The notes under the pieces were generated by a model. The model ran no database searches and was not told the origin of the DNA. It saw nothing but the letters and a program-made list of their open reading frames with translations. Shown here one piece after another: positions 51,893 to 60,419 of a stretch of DNA of 60,419 nucleotides. How positions within the stretch are numbered: the first letter of the stretch is position 1; every line of letters starts with the position of its first letter. Source of the stretch: Actinomycetes bacterium (lineage in GTDB: Bacteria; Actinomycetota; Actinomycetes; JACCUZ01). The stretch is from NCBI GenBank assembly GCA_038223055.1, contig JBBRHF010000001.1, positions 1 to 60,419 of the forward strand. Reading direction: 5' to 3'. Position numbers and translations under genes: made by a program.

Positions 51893-52901
51893 GCGCAGGA
51901 GGTGCTGCAGTGCTCCCCCGCACGACAAGCCTGGTCGGCAGGGTCACGACACGCCGGGGTCGTGCCGGGACGCCGGAGAGCCCCTCAACCAGCAGTTCCC
52001 CCGCGGCCCGGCCCTGGTCCCACACCGGCTGGGCCACGGTCGTCAGGTCGTGGGTGAACGACATCTCGTGGTCGTCGATGCCGATGACGGACAGCTCGCC
52101 GGGGACGACGCAGCCACGGCGGCGCGCCTCGTAGAGGATGCCGATGGCCATCTCGTCGGACGCGGCCACCACTGCGGTCGGGGGAAGGTCCAGGTCGAGC
52201 AGCCGGCTGGCCGCGGCCGCGCCCCCCCGGATCGTCCAGTCGCCACAGACGAGGTAGTCCGCGACCTTCGGCACGCGGCCACCGCGGAAGGCGCGGCGCA
52301 CCCCGGTTTCGCGGTCCACGGCAGTGGCCACATGGACATCCTCGGAGGGGTTACCGCCCACGTAGGCGATGCGCCGGTGACCCAGGCCCACGAGGTGCTC
52401 GGTCGCGACCTGTGCGGCGGCCACGTCGTCGATGCCGACCCGGTCGCAACCGGCCAGGTCGACTCCGACGGTGACCACCGGCAGGCCAAGTCGATTGAGC
52501 AGCTCCACCTCGCCGGCCTCGAGATCGGCACTGAGCACCAGCACCGCATCCAACCTCTTCCACAGCAGCCGCTGGTCGAGGATCAGGGTGCGCGAGGAGC
52601 CCCGCGATCCGACGTTGAACAGCAGGATGTGGTAGCCGTGCTGGCGCAGCAGTTGCTCGGCACCGGCCATCAGGTTCGCGAAGAACCACCGGGTCAGGAA
52701 GGGTACGACGACACCGACCACGTGCGTCTTGCCCGACACCAGGCTGGTGGCCGTGGGTGAGGCGACATAGCGCAACTCCTCGGCGGCCACGATGACCCGG
52801 GCTCGGGTCTGCGGGCTGACCCGGTCCAGACCACGCAGTGCCCGCGACACCGTCGCGGTGGAGACGCCGGCTGCTTTCGCGACGTCGTGGATGCTGCTCA
52901 C
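51831..52901 (-). CDS. LacI family transcriptional regulator
   Basis: MSSIHDVAKAAGVSTATVSRALRG (HTH_LacI) followed by a periplasmic-binding-fold sugar domain. GTG start. Confidence 0.9.
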   Translation of the reverse strand: MSSIHDVAKAAGVSTATVSRALRGLDRVSPQTRARVIVAAEELRYVASPTATSLVSGKTHVVGVVVPFLTRWFFANLMAGAEQLLRQHGYHILLFNVGSRGSSRTLILDQRLLWKRLDAVLVLSADLEAGEVELLNRLGLPVVTVGVDLAGCDRVGIDDVAAAQVATEHLVGLGHRRIAYVGGNPSEDVHVATAVDRETGVRRAFRGGRVPKVADYLVCGDWTIRGGAAAASRLLDLDLPPTAVVAASDEMAIGILYEARRRGCVVPGELSVIGIDDHEMSFTHDLTTVAQPVWDQGRAAGELLVEGLSGVPARPRRVVTLPTRLVVRGSTAAPPAPSPAPSPPSAQRLVGRRARS

Positions 52902-52946
52902 GGTGCCCCGAGCAGCGTCGGGGCACCGTGAGAGCCCGGCCTCATC

Positions 52947-53855
52947 TCAGCCCTTGAGCCCGCCCGCAAGCAGGCCACGGACGAAGTAGCGCTGCAGCGA
53001 GAGGAAAACGGCCACCGGCACGATCATGGACACGAAGGCGCCCGCAGAAAGCAGGTGCCATGCGGTGTCGCGGGTGCCGCTGAGGTTGGCCAGCCCGACG
53101 GTCATAGGTTGCTGATCGGGCCCGGAGAAGGTGAGGGCGACCAGCAGGTCGTTCCACACCCACAGGAACTGGAAGATGCCGAACGCGGCGAGGGCCGGCG
53201 TCAGCAGTGGCATCAGCACCTTGAAGAAGATCTGAACGTGACCTGCGCCGTCGACGCGAGCCGCTTCGAGCAGCTCGCGGGGGATCTCCTTCATGAAGTT
53301 GTGCAGCAGGAAGATCGCCAGCGGCAGGGCGAAGGTCGAGTGCGAGAGCCACAGCGTCCAGAACGTGTTCGAGAGCCCAGCCTTCACGTAGAGCGACAGC
53401 AGCGGGATCAACGTGACCTGGATGGGCACGATCTGCAGCGCGAAGACCAGGACGAACAGAAAGTTCTTGCCCTTGAAGTCGATCCAGGCGAAGGCATAGG
53501 CCGCCAGCGACGCGAGACAGATCGGGATGATCACCGCCGGGATCACAATGATGAATGAGTTGATGAAGTAGCTGCCCAAACCGTCGGACCCCGACGTCTG
53601 GAGGACAGCGCGGTAGTTGTCCAGGGTGAACTGGGGGTCGCTGAAGAACGTCCACCACCCAGTGGTCTTGATCTTGAGCTCGGGGCGGAAGGAGGAAATC
53701 AGCAGGCCGAACGTGGGCAACGTCCACAGCACCGCGAGGACCACCGCCGCGAAGGATGCCCACGGCGAGGTCAGCTTCTTCTTGGCCCTGCCGGCCGCCG
53801 TATCGACCTTGCCGACGGCCGGTGTGGTGACGACAGGGACGCTGGTGGCGGTCAT
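52947..53855 (-). CDS. carbohydrate ABC transporter permease (MalG/SugB-type)
   Basis: EAARVDGAGHVQIFFKVLMPL (EAA loop). ATG overlaps the upstream stop (ATGA). Confidence 0.9.
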   Translation of the reverse strand: MTATSVPVVTTPAVGKVDTAAGRAKKKLTSPWASFAAVVLAVLWTLPTFGLLISSFRPELKIKTTGWWTFFSDPQFTLDNYRAVLQTSGSDGLGSYFINSFIIVIPAVIIPICLASLAAYAFAWIDFKGKNFLFVLVFALQIVPIQVTLIPLLSLYVKAGLSNTFWTLWLSHSTFALPLAIFLLHNFMKEIPRELLEAARVDGAGHVQIFFKVLMPLLTPALAAFGIFQFLWVWNDLLVALTFSGPDQQPMTVGLANLSGTRDTAWHLLSAGAFVSMIVPVAVFLSLQRYFVRGLLAGGLKG

Positions 53856-54820
53856 CGTGCCTCCGAGGCGCGCAGTTGCTTGACGTTGTAGGCGACGATC
53901 GGGGTGACCAGCACGAATAGCAGGACGGCCAGCGCAGCTCCGAGCCCCTGGTTGTTCGCCCGGAAGCTCTGGCTGTAGAACTCGTTGGCCACGACGCTGG
54001 TGTCGAACTGGCCACCCGTCATGGTGCGAACCACGTCGAAGACCTTCAGCGTGCCGATGCCGATGGTGGTCAGGACGACGATGAGCGCCGGGCGGATGCT
54101 CGGCACGGTCACGAAGCGGAACATGCCCAGCGGGCTGACCCCGTCGAGGCGGGCTGCCTCGATGATGTCTTCGGGGATCGCCTTGATGGCCGCGGAGAGC
54201 ACGGTCATCGCGAAGCCGGCCTGGATCCAGATCATCACCACGATGAGGAACAGCGTGTTCCACGGCGAGTTGACCAGCCACTGCTGCGGGCTGCCCCCCA
54301 GCCACACCAGGACCTGGTTGACCAGCCCGATCTGCTTCACCCCCCCCTGGTCGGGGCGGAACGCGTAGACGAACTTCCAGATGATCGAGGCGCCGACAAA
54401 GGAGATCGCCATCGGGAGGAAGATCAACGCCTTGGCGAAAGCCTCGACGCGGGCCTTGTCGATGAGAATCGCGTAGATCAACCCGACGGCGGTGGCCACG
54501 AACGGCGTGAACAGCACCCACAGCAAGGTGTTGCGCAACACCGTGACCTGGTCGGACGTGGTGAAGATCGTCTTGTAGTTGTCGACGCCGATGAAGGAGC
54601 CACCTGACGCGTTGAAGAACGACTGCCAGATCGTCTTGATCCCCGGGTAGATCAACCCGATCGCGAGCAGCACCACGGTGGGTGCGAGGAACAGCCAGGC
54701 GACGACTCGGTCGGCACGCCGGCCGCTGAACCGGGTGGCGAGGAACAGGATGAAGCCGACGACCGCGACGAACAGCAGGATGGCCGAGAGCATCGTGAGG
54801 AACTTCTCTGAGTTGGACAA
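53852..54820 (-). CDS. carbohydrate ABC transporter permease (MalF/SugA-type)
   Basis: EAARLDGVSPLGMFRFVTVP (EAA loop). TTG start at 54820 with GGAGGTGG 7 nt upstream; alternative ATG at 54793. Confidence 0.85.
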   Translation of the reverse strand: MSNSEKFLTMLSAILLFVAVVGFILFLATRFSGRRADRVVAWLFLAPTVVLLAIGLIYPGIKTIWQSFFNASGGSFIGVDNYKTIFTTSDQVTVLRNTLLWVLFTPFVATAVGLIYAILIDKARVEAFAKALIFLPMAISFVGASIIWKFVYAFRPDQGGVKQIGLVNQVLVWLGGSPQQWLVNSPWNTLFLIVVMIWIQAGFAMTVLSAAIKAIPEDIIEAARLDGVSPLGMFRFVTVPSIRPALIVVLTTIGIGTLKVFDVVRTMTGGQFDTSVVANEFYSQSFRANNQGLGAALAVLLFVLVTPIVAYNVKQLRASEAR

Positions 54821-54909
54821 GGAAAACCACCTCCACTAGAGCGACCGGTCCGGTCGGGCACGCCGAGCGATCTCGACGCGCCCGACCGGACGCAGGGGCC
54901 GTCAGATGA

Positions 54910-56271
54910 CTACTTCGGCCACGCCGCTTCGATCTTGTCCACGGTGGCCTTGGTGCTCTGGCCGGTGATCCAGCTGGTCGACTGCTTCCAGAACGCGTTG
55001 GAGCCGATGGCTCCGGGCATCTGGTCTGAGCCGTCGAACCGGAACACGGCCTTGGGGTCCTGCAGGATGCTCGCGGCCAGCTTGTCGATCGGGTTGGTCA
55101 GTTTGGTGACGTCCAGGCCTTTGTTGGCGCTGATCCAGCCACCGGCCGGGGAGACGCTCACCTTGTTGTTGGCCCACAGGTCGGTCGACAGGTATGTCTG
55201 GAACGCCTTGACCTCGGGACGGTCGCTGAACGCCAAGTTGAACTCGCCGCCGCCGAGGGTCGGCTTGGCGGTCGTGTCCTTGCCCGGCAGGTAGAAGGCG
55301 AAGATGTCGCCGTCCTCGGCGACCTTAGTGCCCTTCGGGAAGTTGGCGGCGTAGAAACTCGCCTGACGGTGCAGCGAGCAGGTGCCCTCGAGGATGGGCA
55401 GGCCACCCTCCTGGAAGGTCGTGGTGGCGATGCTCTTGACGTCGCCGAGCCCGCCGTTGACGTACTTCGGGTTCTTCAGGTAGGTCCCGGCCAGATCCAG
55501 TGCTGCGGTGGGCTCAGCGGAGTTGAACGGGATCTCGTGCTTGACCCACTTGTCGTACTCCTCCGGGCCCGACAGGCGCAGCATCATGTCTTCCATCCAG
55601 TCGGTGACCGGCCATCCGGTGGCCTCACCGCTGCCGATGCCCGCGCACCACGGCTTCTGACCGCCCGCCGCAATCTTGTCGGACAGGGCCTTGAGCTCGT
55701 CGAGGGTCGTGGGGACCGTGTAGCCCTTGTCTTTGAACTGCTTGGGGGAGTACCACACCAGCGACTTCACCGACGCGCCCGAGGGGGCGCCGTAGAACTT
55801 CCCGTTGACCGTGGCGTAGCCCTTCCAGTCCTTGCCCCAGAACTTGTCAACGTTGGCCGCCACCGCGGGAGGGGCCTCCTTGGCCCGGCCCGTCGCAACC
55901 AGCTGCTGGAGCAGACCCGGCTGCGGGACGATCGCGATGTCGGGCGGGTTGCCGGCCTTGGCCCGGACGAGCACCTGGGTCTCGAACGCCTTGTCGCCCT
56001 GATAGTTGATCTTGGCGCCGGTGCAGTCCTCGAACGGCTTGTAGGAGTCCTGGTAGGGCTTGTCCTCCGGCGTCACAATGCCGGTGTAGATGTCGACCTT
56101 CTTGCCCTTGAGGTCTCCATATGCCTTGTAGGCGGAGCAGTCCTTGGTCTTGGCGCCGCCGCTGGCGCCGCTGCTCGAACTGCCACCGCCGCACGCCGCG
56201 AGGGTGAGGCCGAGGCCGAGGGCGCCGGCCAGCGCCACTGTGTGAAGCGGTCTTGTGGGGCGTAGGGCCAT
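54910..56271 (-). CDS. carbohydrate ABC transporter substrate-binding lipoprotein
   Basis: Lipobox LGLTLAAC-GGGSSSSG at the N-terminus. Family-1 SBP features (VDIYTG..., KFYGAP..., LVWYSP, FRFDGSDQMPGAIG). Sugar specificity is not determinable by eye. Confidence 0.85.
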   Translation of the reverse strand: MALRPTRPLHTVALAGALGLGLTLAACGGGSSSSGASGGAKTKDCSAYKAYGDLKGKKVDIYTGIVTPEDKPYQDSYKPFEDCTGAKINYQGDKAFETQVLVRAKAGNPPDIAIVPQPGLLQQLVATGRAKEAPPAVAANVDKFWGKDWKGYATVNGKFYGAPSGASVKSLVWYSPKQFKDKGYTVPTTLDELKALSDKIAAGGQKPWCAGIGSGEATGWPVTDWMEDMMLRLSGPEEYDKWVKHEIPFNSAEPTAALDLAGTYLKNPKYVNGGLGDVKSIATTTFQEGGLPILEGTCSLHRQASFYAANFPKGTKVAEDGDIFAFYLPGKDTTAKPTLGGGEFNLAFSDRPEVKAFQTYLSTDLWANNKVSVSPAGGWISANKGLDVTKLTNPIDKLAASILQDPKAVFRFDGSDQMPGAIGSNAFWKQSTSWITGQSTKATVDKIEAAWPK

Positions 56272-56358
56272 CTGTGAAGCCTCTCCGTCATGCCCCGGCC
56301 CGCGCACGTCGCACTGGGTCCGGAGGTTCTCTGGAGCAAGTAATAACGGTTTCGCGCG

Positions 56359-56388
56359 GATGTCGCAACGTTACGGCGCCGTGACATC
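56359..56388. promoter_or_regulatory. candidate LacI-type operator in the divergent control region
   Basis: GATGTC-gCAACGTTac-ggcgccgt-GACATC has an AACGTT-centred imperfect palindrome nested in a GATGTC/GACATC inverted repeat, next to an AT-richer stretch (agtaataacggttt). Confidence 0.3.
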
Positions 56389-56593
56389 GGTAACAATTGG
56401 GTGACGGCTGATGGGCCCGAAGTGCCACGTCGTACCCAGGCCCTCGTACGACGGACGCCGCCCGATGTCGCCTGGACGCCGGTCCACCTGGGCGGTATAT
56501 GGTCGGTCTCGCCAACCGCCTGGACCCGTCCGGGACAGGCGCCCCTTAACTCGGATCGTCCGGCACGTTCCTGCCGGTGAAGGGAGTGCGGTC

Positions 56594-57682
<1,089 letters not shown>

Positions 57683-57709
57683 CGGAGCCGGCACCGAAAC
57701 GCGGCCGCG

Positions 57710-58984
57710 ATGGCCCTGCAGATCCTGGCCGCTCCGGGTGACCCCGGCCTGCTCGAGTTGCCCTGGGAGGTGCCGCTGGAACGGTGGCCGGCTGATCAGC
57801 TGGTCGCCCTTCCCCGCGGCATCTCCCGGCACATCGTGCGCTTCGTGCGCATCGAGGATCGGGTCTTCGCCGTCAAGGAGGTCGGCGAGCGGCTGGCGCG
57901 CCATGAATACGGCCTGCTGCGCCAGCTCGAGCGCCGAGACATGCCCTCGGTCGAGGCGGTCGCCGTCATCACCGGACGCAAAACACCCGGCGGGGTCGAG
58001 CTCGACCCGGCGCTGGTCACCCGGCACCTGCAGTTCTCGTTGCCCTACCGGGCGTTGTTCTCCTCGACGCTGCGCACCGACACCGCCAACCGGCTGCTCG
58101 ACGCGTTGTCGGCCTTGCTCGTGCGGCTGCACAACACCGGCTTCTACTGGGGCGACGTCTCGCTGTCCAACACGCTGTTCCGCCGCGACGCCGGCGCGTT
58201 CGCGGCCTATCTCGTCGACGCCGAGACCGGCGAACTGCACGGGGAACTGTCCGACGGGCAACGCCTCGCGGACCTTGAGACGGCGCGGATCAACATCGCC
58301 GGCGAGCTGCTCGATCTGGAGGCAGGCGGGTTGCTGCACGCGTCGATCGACCCGGTGGTGACCGCCAACGAGATCGTCTACCGCTACGAGAACCTGTGGG
58401 TGGCGCTCAAGGCGCCGGACACCATCGGCACCGCCGAGCGCTGGCGGGTCGAGCGCCGGGTGCGCCATCTCAACGAGCTCGGCTTCGACGTGGCCGAGCT
58501 GTCGATGTTCACCGACGAGTCGGGCTCACATGTCGTCGTGACGCCCAAGGTCGTCGACGCCGGCCACCACAGCCGCCGGCTGCTGCGGCTGACCGGCCTC
58601 GACGTACAGGAGAACCAGGCGCGCCGGCTGCTCAACGACCTGGACTCGTTCCGGGTCGCGCTCGACCTCGATGCCGAACCGGAGGAGATCGTCGCGCACA
58701 CGTGGCTCAGCGAGGTTTTCGAACCGGTCGTGCGCGCGGTGCCCAAGGCGATGCGCGGCAAGCTCGAGCCGGCCGAAGTCTTCCACGAGGTGCTGGAGCA
58801 CCGGTGGTTCCTCTCCGAGCGCGGCGGCGCGGACGTGGGGCTGATGCCGGCGGCCAGGTCCTACGTCGATGACGTGCTCAGTCTGAAGCCGGACGAGGCC
58901 GCCGTACTGGGTTCCCGGCTGGGGACCCCCACCGTCGAGTCCGACCCCTTCGCCGCCGCCGCCGCCGACGCCGACGACGACTGA
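57710..58984 (+). CDS. DUF4032 domain-containing protein (N-terminal LPS-kinase/RIO-like fold)
   Basis: ISRHIVRFVRIEDRVFAVKE...HEYGLLRQL...LHNTGFYWGDVSLSNTLFRRDAG...AYLVDAETGE, plus a long helical C-terminus ending in an acidic ADADDD tail. Confidence 0.7.
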   Translation: MALQILAAPGDPGLLELPWEVPLERWPADQLVALPRGISRHIVRFVRIEDRVFAVKEVGERLARHEYGLLRQLERRDMPSVEAVAVITGRKTPGGVELDPALVTRHLQFSLPYRALFSSTLRTDTANRLLDALSALLVRLHNTGFYWGDVSLSNTLFRRDAGAFAAYLVDAETGELHGELSDGQRLADLETARINIAGELLDLEAGGLLHASIDPVVTANEIVYRYENLWVALKAPDTIGTAERWRVERRVRHLNELGFDVAELSMFTDESGSHVVVTPKVVDAGHHSRRLLRLTGLDVQENQARRLLNDLDSFRVALDLDAEPEEIVAHTWLSEVFEPVVRAVPKAMRGKLEPAEVFHEVLEHRWFLSERGGADVGLMPAARSYVDDVLSLKPDEAAVLGSRLGTPTVESDPFAAAAADADDD

Positions 58985-59036
58985 CGACGACGACTGACTG
59001 ACTTGACTGACTGACTGGGCCAGGGATCGCTGCGGC

Positions 59037-60122
59037 TTATCGAGCAGCGCGGCGGCGGCGGGCGACCTCGTAGAGAGCTATGCCGGCGGCCACCCCGGCG
59101 TTGAGCGACTCGGTCGACGCGCCGATGGGGATACTCGCGACGACGTCGCAATGCTCGCGCACCAGCCTCGACAGGCCGCGCCCCTCGGACCCGACGACCA
59201 GCACGACGGGGTCGGTGACCAGCTCGACGGCCTCCAGGTCGACGGTGCCGCCGGCGTCCAGGCCCACCACGAAGGCTCCAGCGTCCCGGTAGGCCTGCAG
59301 GGTGCGGGTCAGGTTGGTGGCTCGGGCCACCGGCACCCGGGCTGCCGCGCCGGCGGAGGTCTTCCAGGCCGAGGCCGTCATGCCGGCAGCCCTGCGGGCC
59401 GGGACGACGACGCCGTGGGCGCCGAAGGCTGCGGCCGAGCGCACGACCGCGCCCAGGTTGCGCGGGTCGGTGACCCCGTCCAGAGCCACCAGCAGGACCG
59501 GCTCACCGGAGTCGGTCGCCCGGGCCAGCAGGTCGTCGGGATGGGCATAGGTATAGGCGGGCACCTGCAGCGCGAGGCCCTGGTGGACCGCCCCGCCGGT
59601 CAGCCGGTCGAGCTCGGTGCGCGACGCCTCCATCAGCGGGACGCCCTGGTTGCTCGCCAGCTTGAGCGCCTCCCGGACCCGGTCGTCGGTGTCGATGCGC
59701 TCGGCGAGGTAGAGCACCGTCGCCGGCACCTTGGCCCGCAACGCCTCGACGACGGGGTTGCGGCCCGCGTTGTTCTCCGGCCCGTCGACCCCTCCGGCGC
59801 GGCCTGGGGGGGCGTTGCGGCGCGAGGGGCCGGACCGGCCCTGCGCCGCGCCACCCCGCCCGGCCGCGCCACCCCGCCCGGTCGCGCCACCCCGCCCGGC
59901 CGCGCCCGCTCGCCCCGACGTACCCGCTCGCCCCGCCGTCCCCGCACGCTTCTCGCCGGCCTTCGCGCGGCGCGCGGCCGGATGCTTGGTCCGCTCTTGC
60001 GCGGCGGGCGTCGGCCCTCGGCCCACCAGCCCGCGCCGCGTCTGACCACCGGTGCCGACGACCGCCCCCTTCTTCGAGCCGGGTTTGCGCATGGCACCCC
60101 GTCGTTCGCTGTTGCCGGGCAT
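59037..60122 (-). CDS. rlmB: 23S rRNA (guanosine-2'-O)-methyltransferase RlmB (SpoU/TrmH family) with basic repeat-rich N-terminal extension
   Basis: [11 protein letters not shown]..., [75 protein letters not shown] at 60122 overlaps the cysS stop by 1 nt. Confidence 0.9.
   Translation of the reverse strand: MPGNSERRGAMRKPGSKKGAVVGTGGQTRRGLVGRGPTPAAQERTKHPAARRAKAGEKRAGTAGRAGTSGRAGAAGRGGATGRGGAAGRGGAAQGRSGPSRRNAPPGRAGGVDGPENNAGRNPVVEALRAKVPATVLYLAERIDTDDRVREALKLASNQGVPLMEASRTELDRLTGGAVHQGLALQVPAYTYAHPDDLLARATDSGEPVLLVALDGVTDPRNLGAVVRSAAAFGAHGVVVPARRAAGMTASAWKTSAGAAARVPVARATNLTRTLQAYRDAGAFVVGLDAGGTVDLEAVELVTDPVVLVVGSEGRGLSRLVREHCDVVASIPIGASTESLNAGVAAGIALYEVARRRRAAR
59845..59934. repeat. in-frame 18-nt tandem repeat x5 in the 5' part of rlmB
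   Basis: gccgcgccaccccgcccg x2, gtcgcgccaccccgcccg, and two diverged copies, encoding [30 protein letters not shown]. Confidence 0.9.
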
Positions 60123-60419
60123 CAGTCGGCGCTCCCCTGCGTTGGTGTCTCGTCGGTCGGTATCCGGTCGGTCGGTATCCGGTCGGTCGGGGGCTGGGCG
60201 GTTGCGGGCTGCTCCGCCGCGAGCACCCACCGTGGCCCGGAGGCAGTGTCCTCAACGGTCACACCGGCCCCGCCGAGCCGGTCCCGGATCCGGTCGGCCG
60301 CCGCGTAGTCCTTGCGCTCCCGGGCGGCACCGCGCTCGTCGAGCGCAACCTGCACCAAACGCCCGACCACTCGGGTCAGGTCGCTGGCGCCGCCGGCCGC
60401 CCAGGTGGGCGACAGCGGG
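60122..60419 (-). CDS. cysS: cysteinyl-tRNA synthetase, C-terminal end (partial; continues beyond window)
   Basis: ...[39 protein letters not shown] is the conserved CysS C-terminal DALR/anticodon-arm tail, followed by a PTDRI repeat extension. Confidence 0.8.
   Translation of the reverse strand, partial: PLSPTWAAGGASDLTRVVGRLVQVALDERGAARERKDYAAADRIRDRLGGAGVTVEDTASGPRWVLAAEQPATAQPPTDRIPTDRIPTDETPTQGSAD
60152..60190. repeat. in-frame 15-nt tandem repeat (about 2.6 copies) at the 3' end of cysS
   Basis: gtcggtcggtatccg x2 plus a partial copy, encoding [14 protein letters not shown] on the minus strand. Confidence 0.9.

Overview
High-GC actinobacterial chromosomal segment. Third codon positions are almost all G/C, so the many long shadow ORFs on the non-coding strand were discarded. 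I can support about 55 protein genes, one tRNA, one riboswitch, and several regulatory sites and tandem repeats. No transposase, integrase, rRNA or CRISPR array is visible. Left to right: (1) a serS fragment fused tail-to-tail to a C-terminally truncated groEL that carries two CIRCE operators; (2) a SAM-I riboswitch in front of a threonine-synthase-like gene; (3) otsA and otsB (trehalose) bracketing a translationally coupled 4-gene membrane glycoconjugate-type module (LPG-synthase-TM/flippase-like, GT4, PIG-L deacetylase, PAP2/IPC-synthase-like); (4) a dormancy-type patch with 2 USPs, an Acg-family nitroreductase and DosR-like boxes; (5) MntH; (6) a MimABCD/PrmABCD-type soluble di-iron monooxygenase operon with a dedicated GroEL-like chaperonin and a divergent GAF/degenerate-AAA+ regulator; (7) two GGDEF-EAL proteins; (8) a two-gene ABC exporter; (9) VapBC; (10) a large Ter locus (TerB, five TerD domains, DUF475/TerC-like) contiguous with an HpcH-lyase / PRTase-TRSP-StiP fusion / HAD module; (11) a convergent AIM24-like plus coiled-coil gene pair; (12) tRNA-Thr(UGU); (13) a LacI-associated sugar ABC importer; (14) DUF4032, rlmB and the 3' end of cysS. 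The best candidates for under-described biology are the Ter-linked metabolite module with its triple-domain fusion, and the GPI-like GT4/PIG-L/PAP2/flippase module nested between otsA and otsB. Next come the riboswitch-controlled ThrC paralog and the monooxygenase operon's unusual regulatory and structural repeats. Two structural anomalies need read-level checking: the serS/groEL junction and a HAD gene with no stop codon. All family assignments come from reading motifs in the translations; no database search was run.
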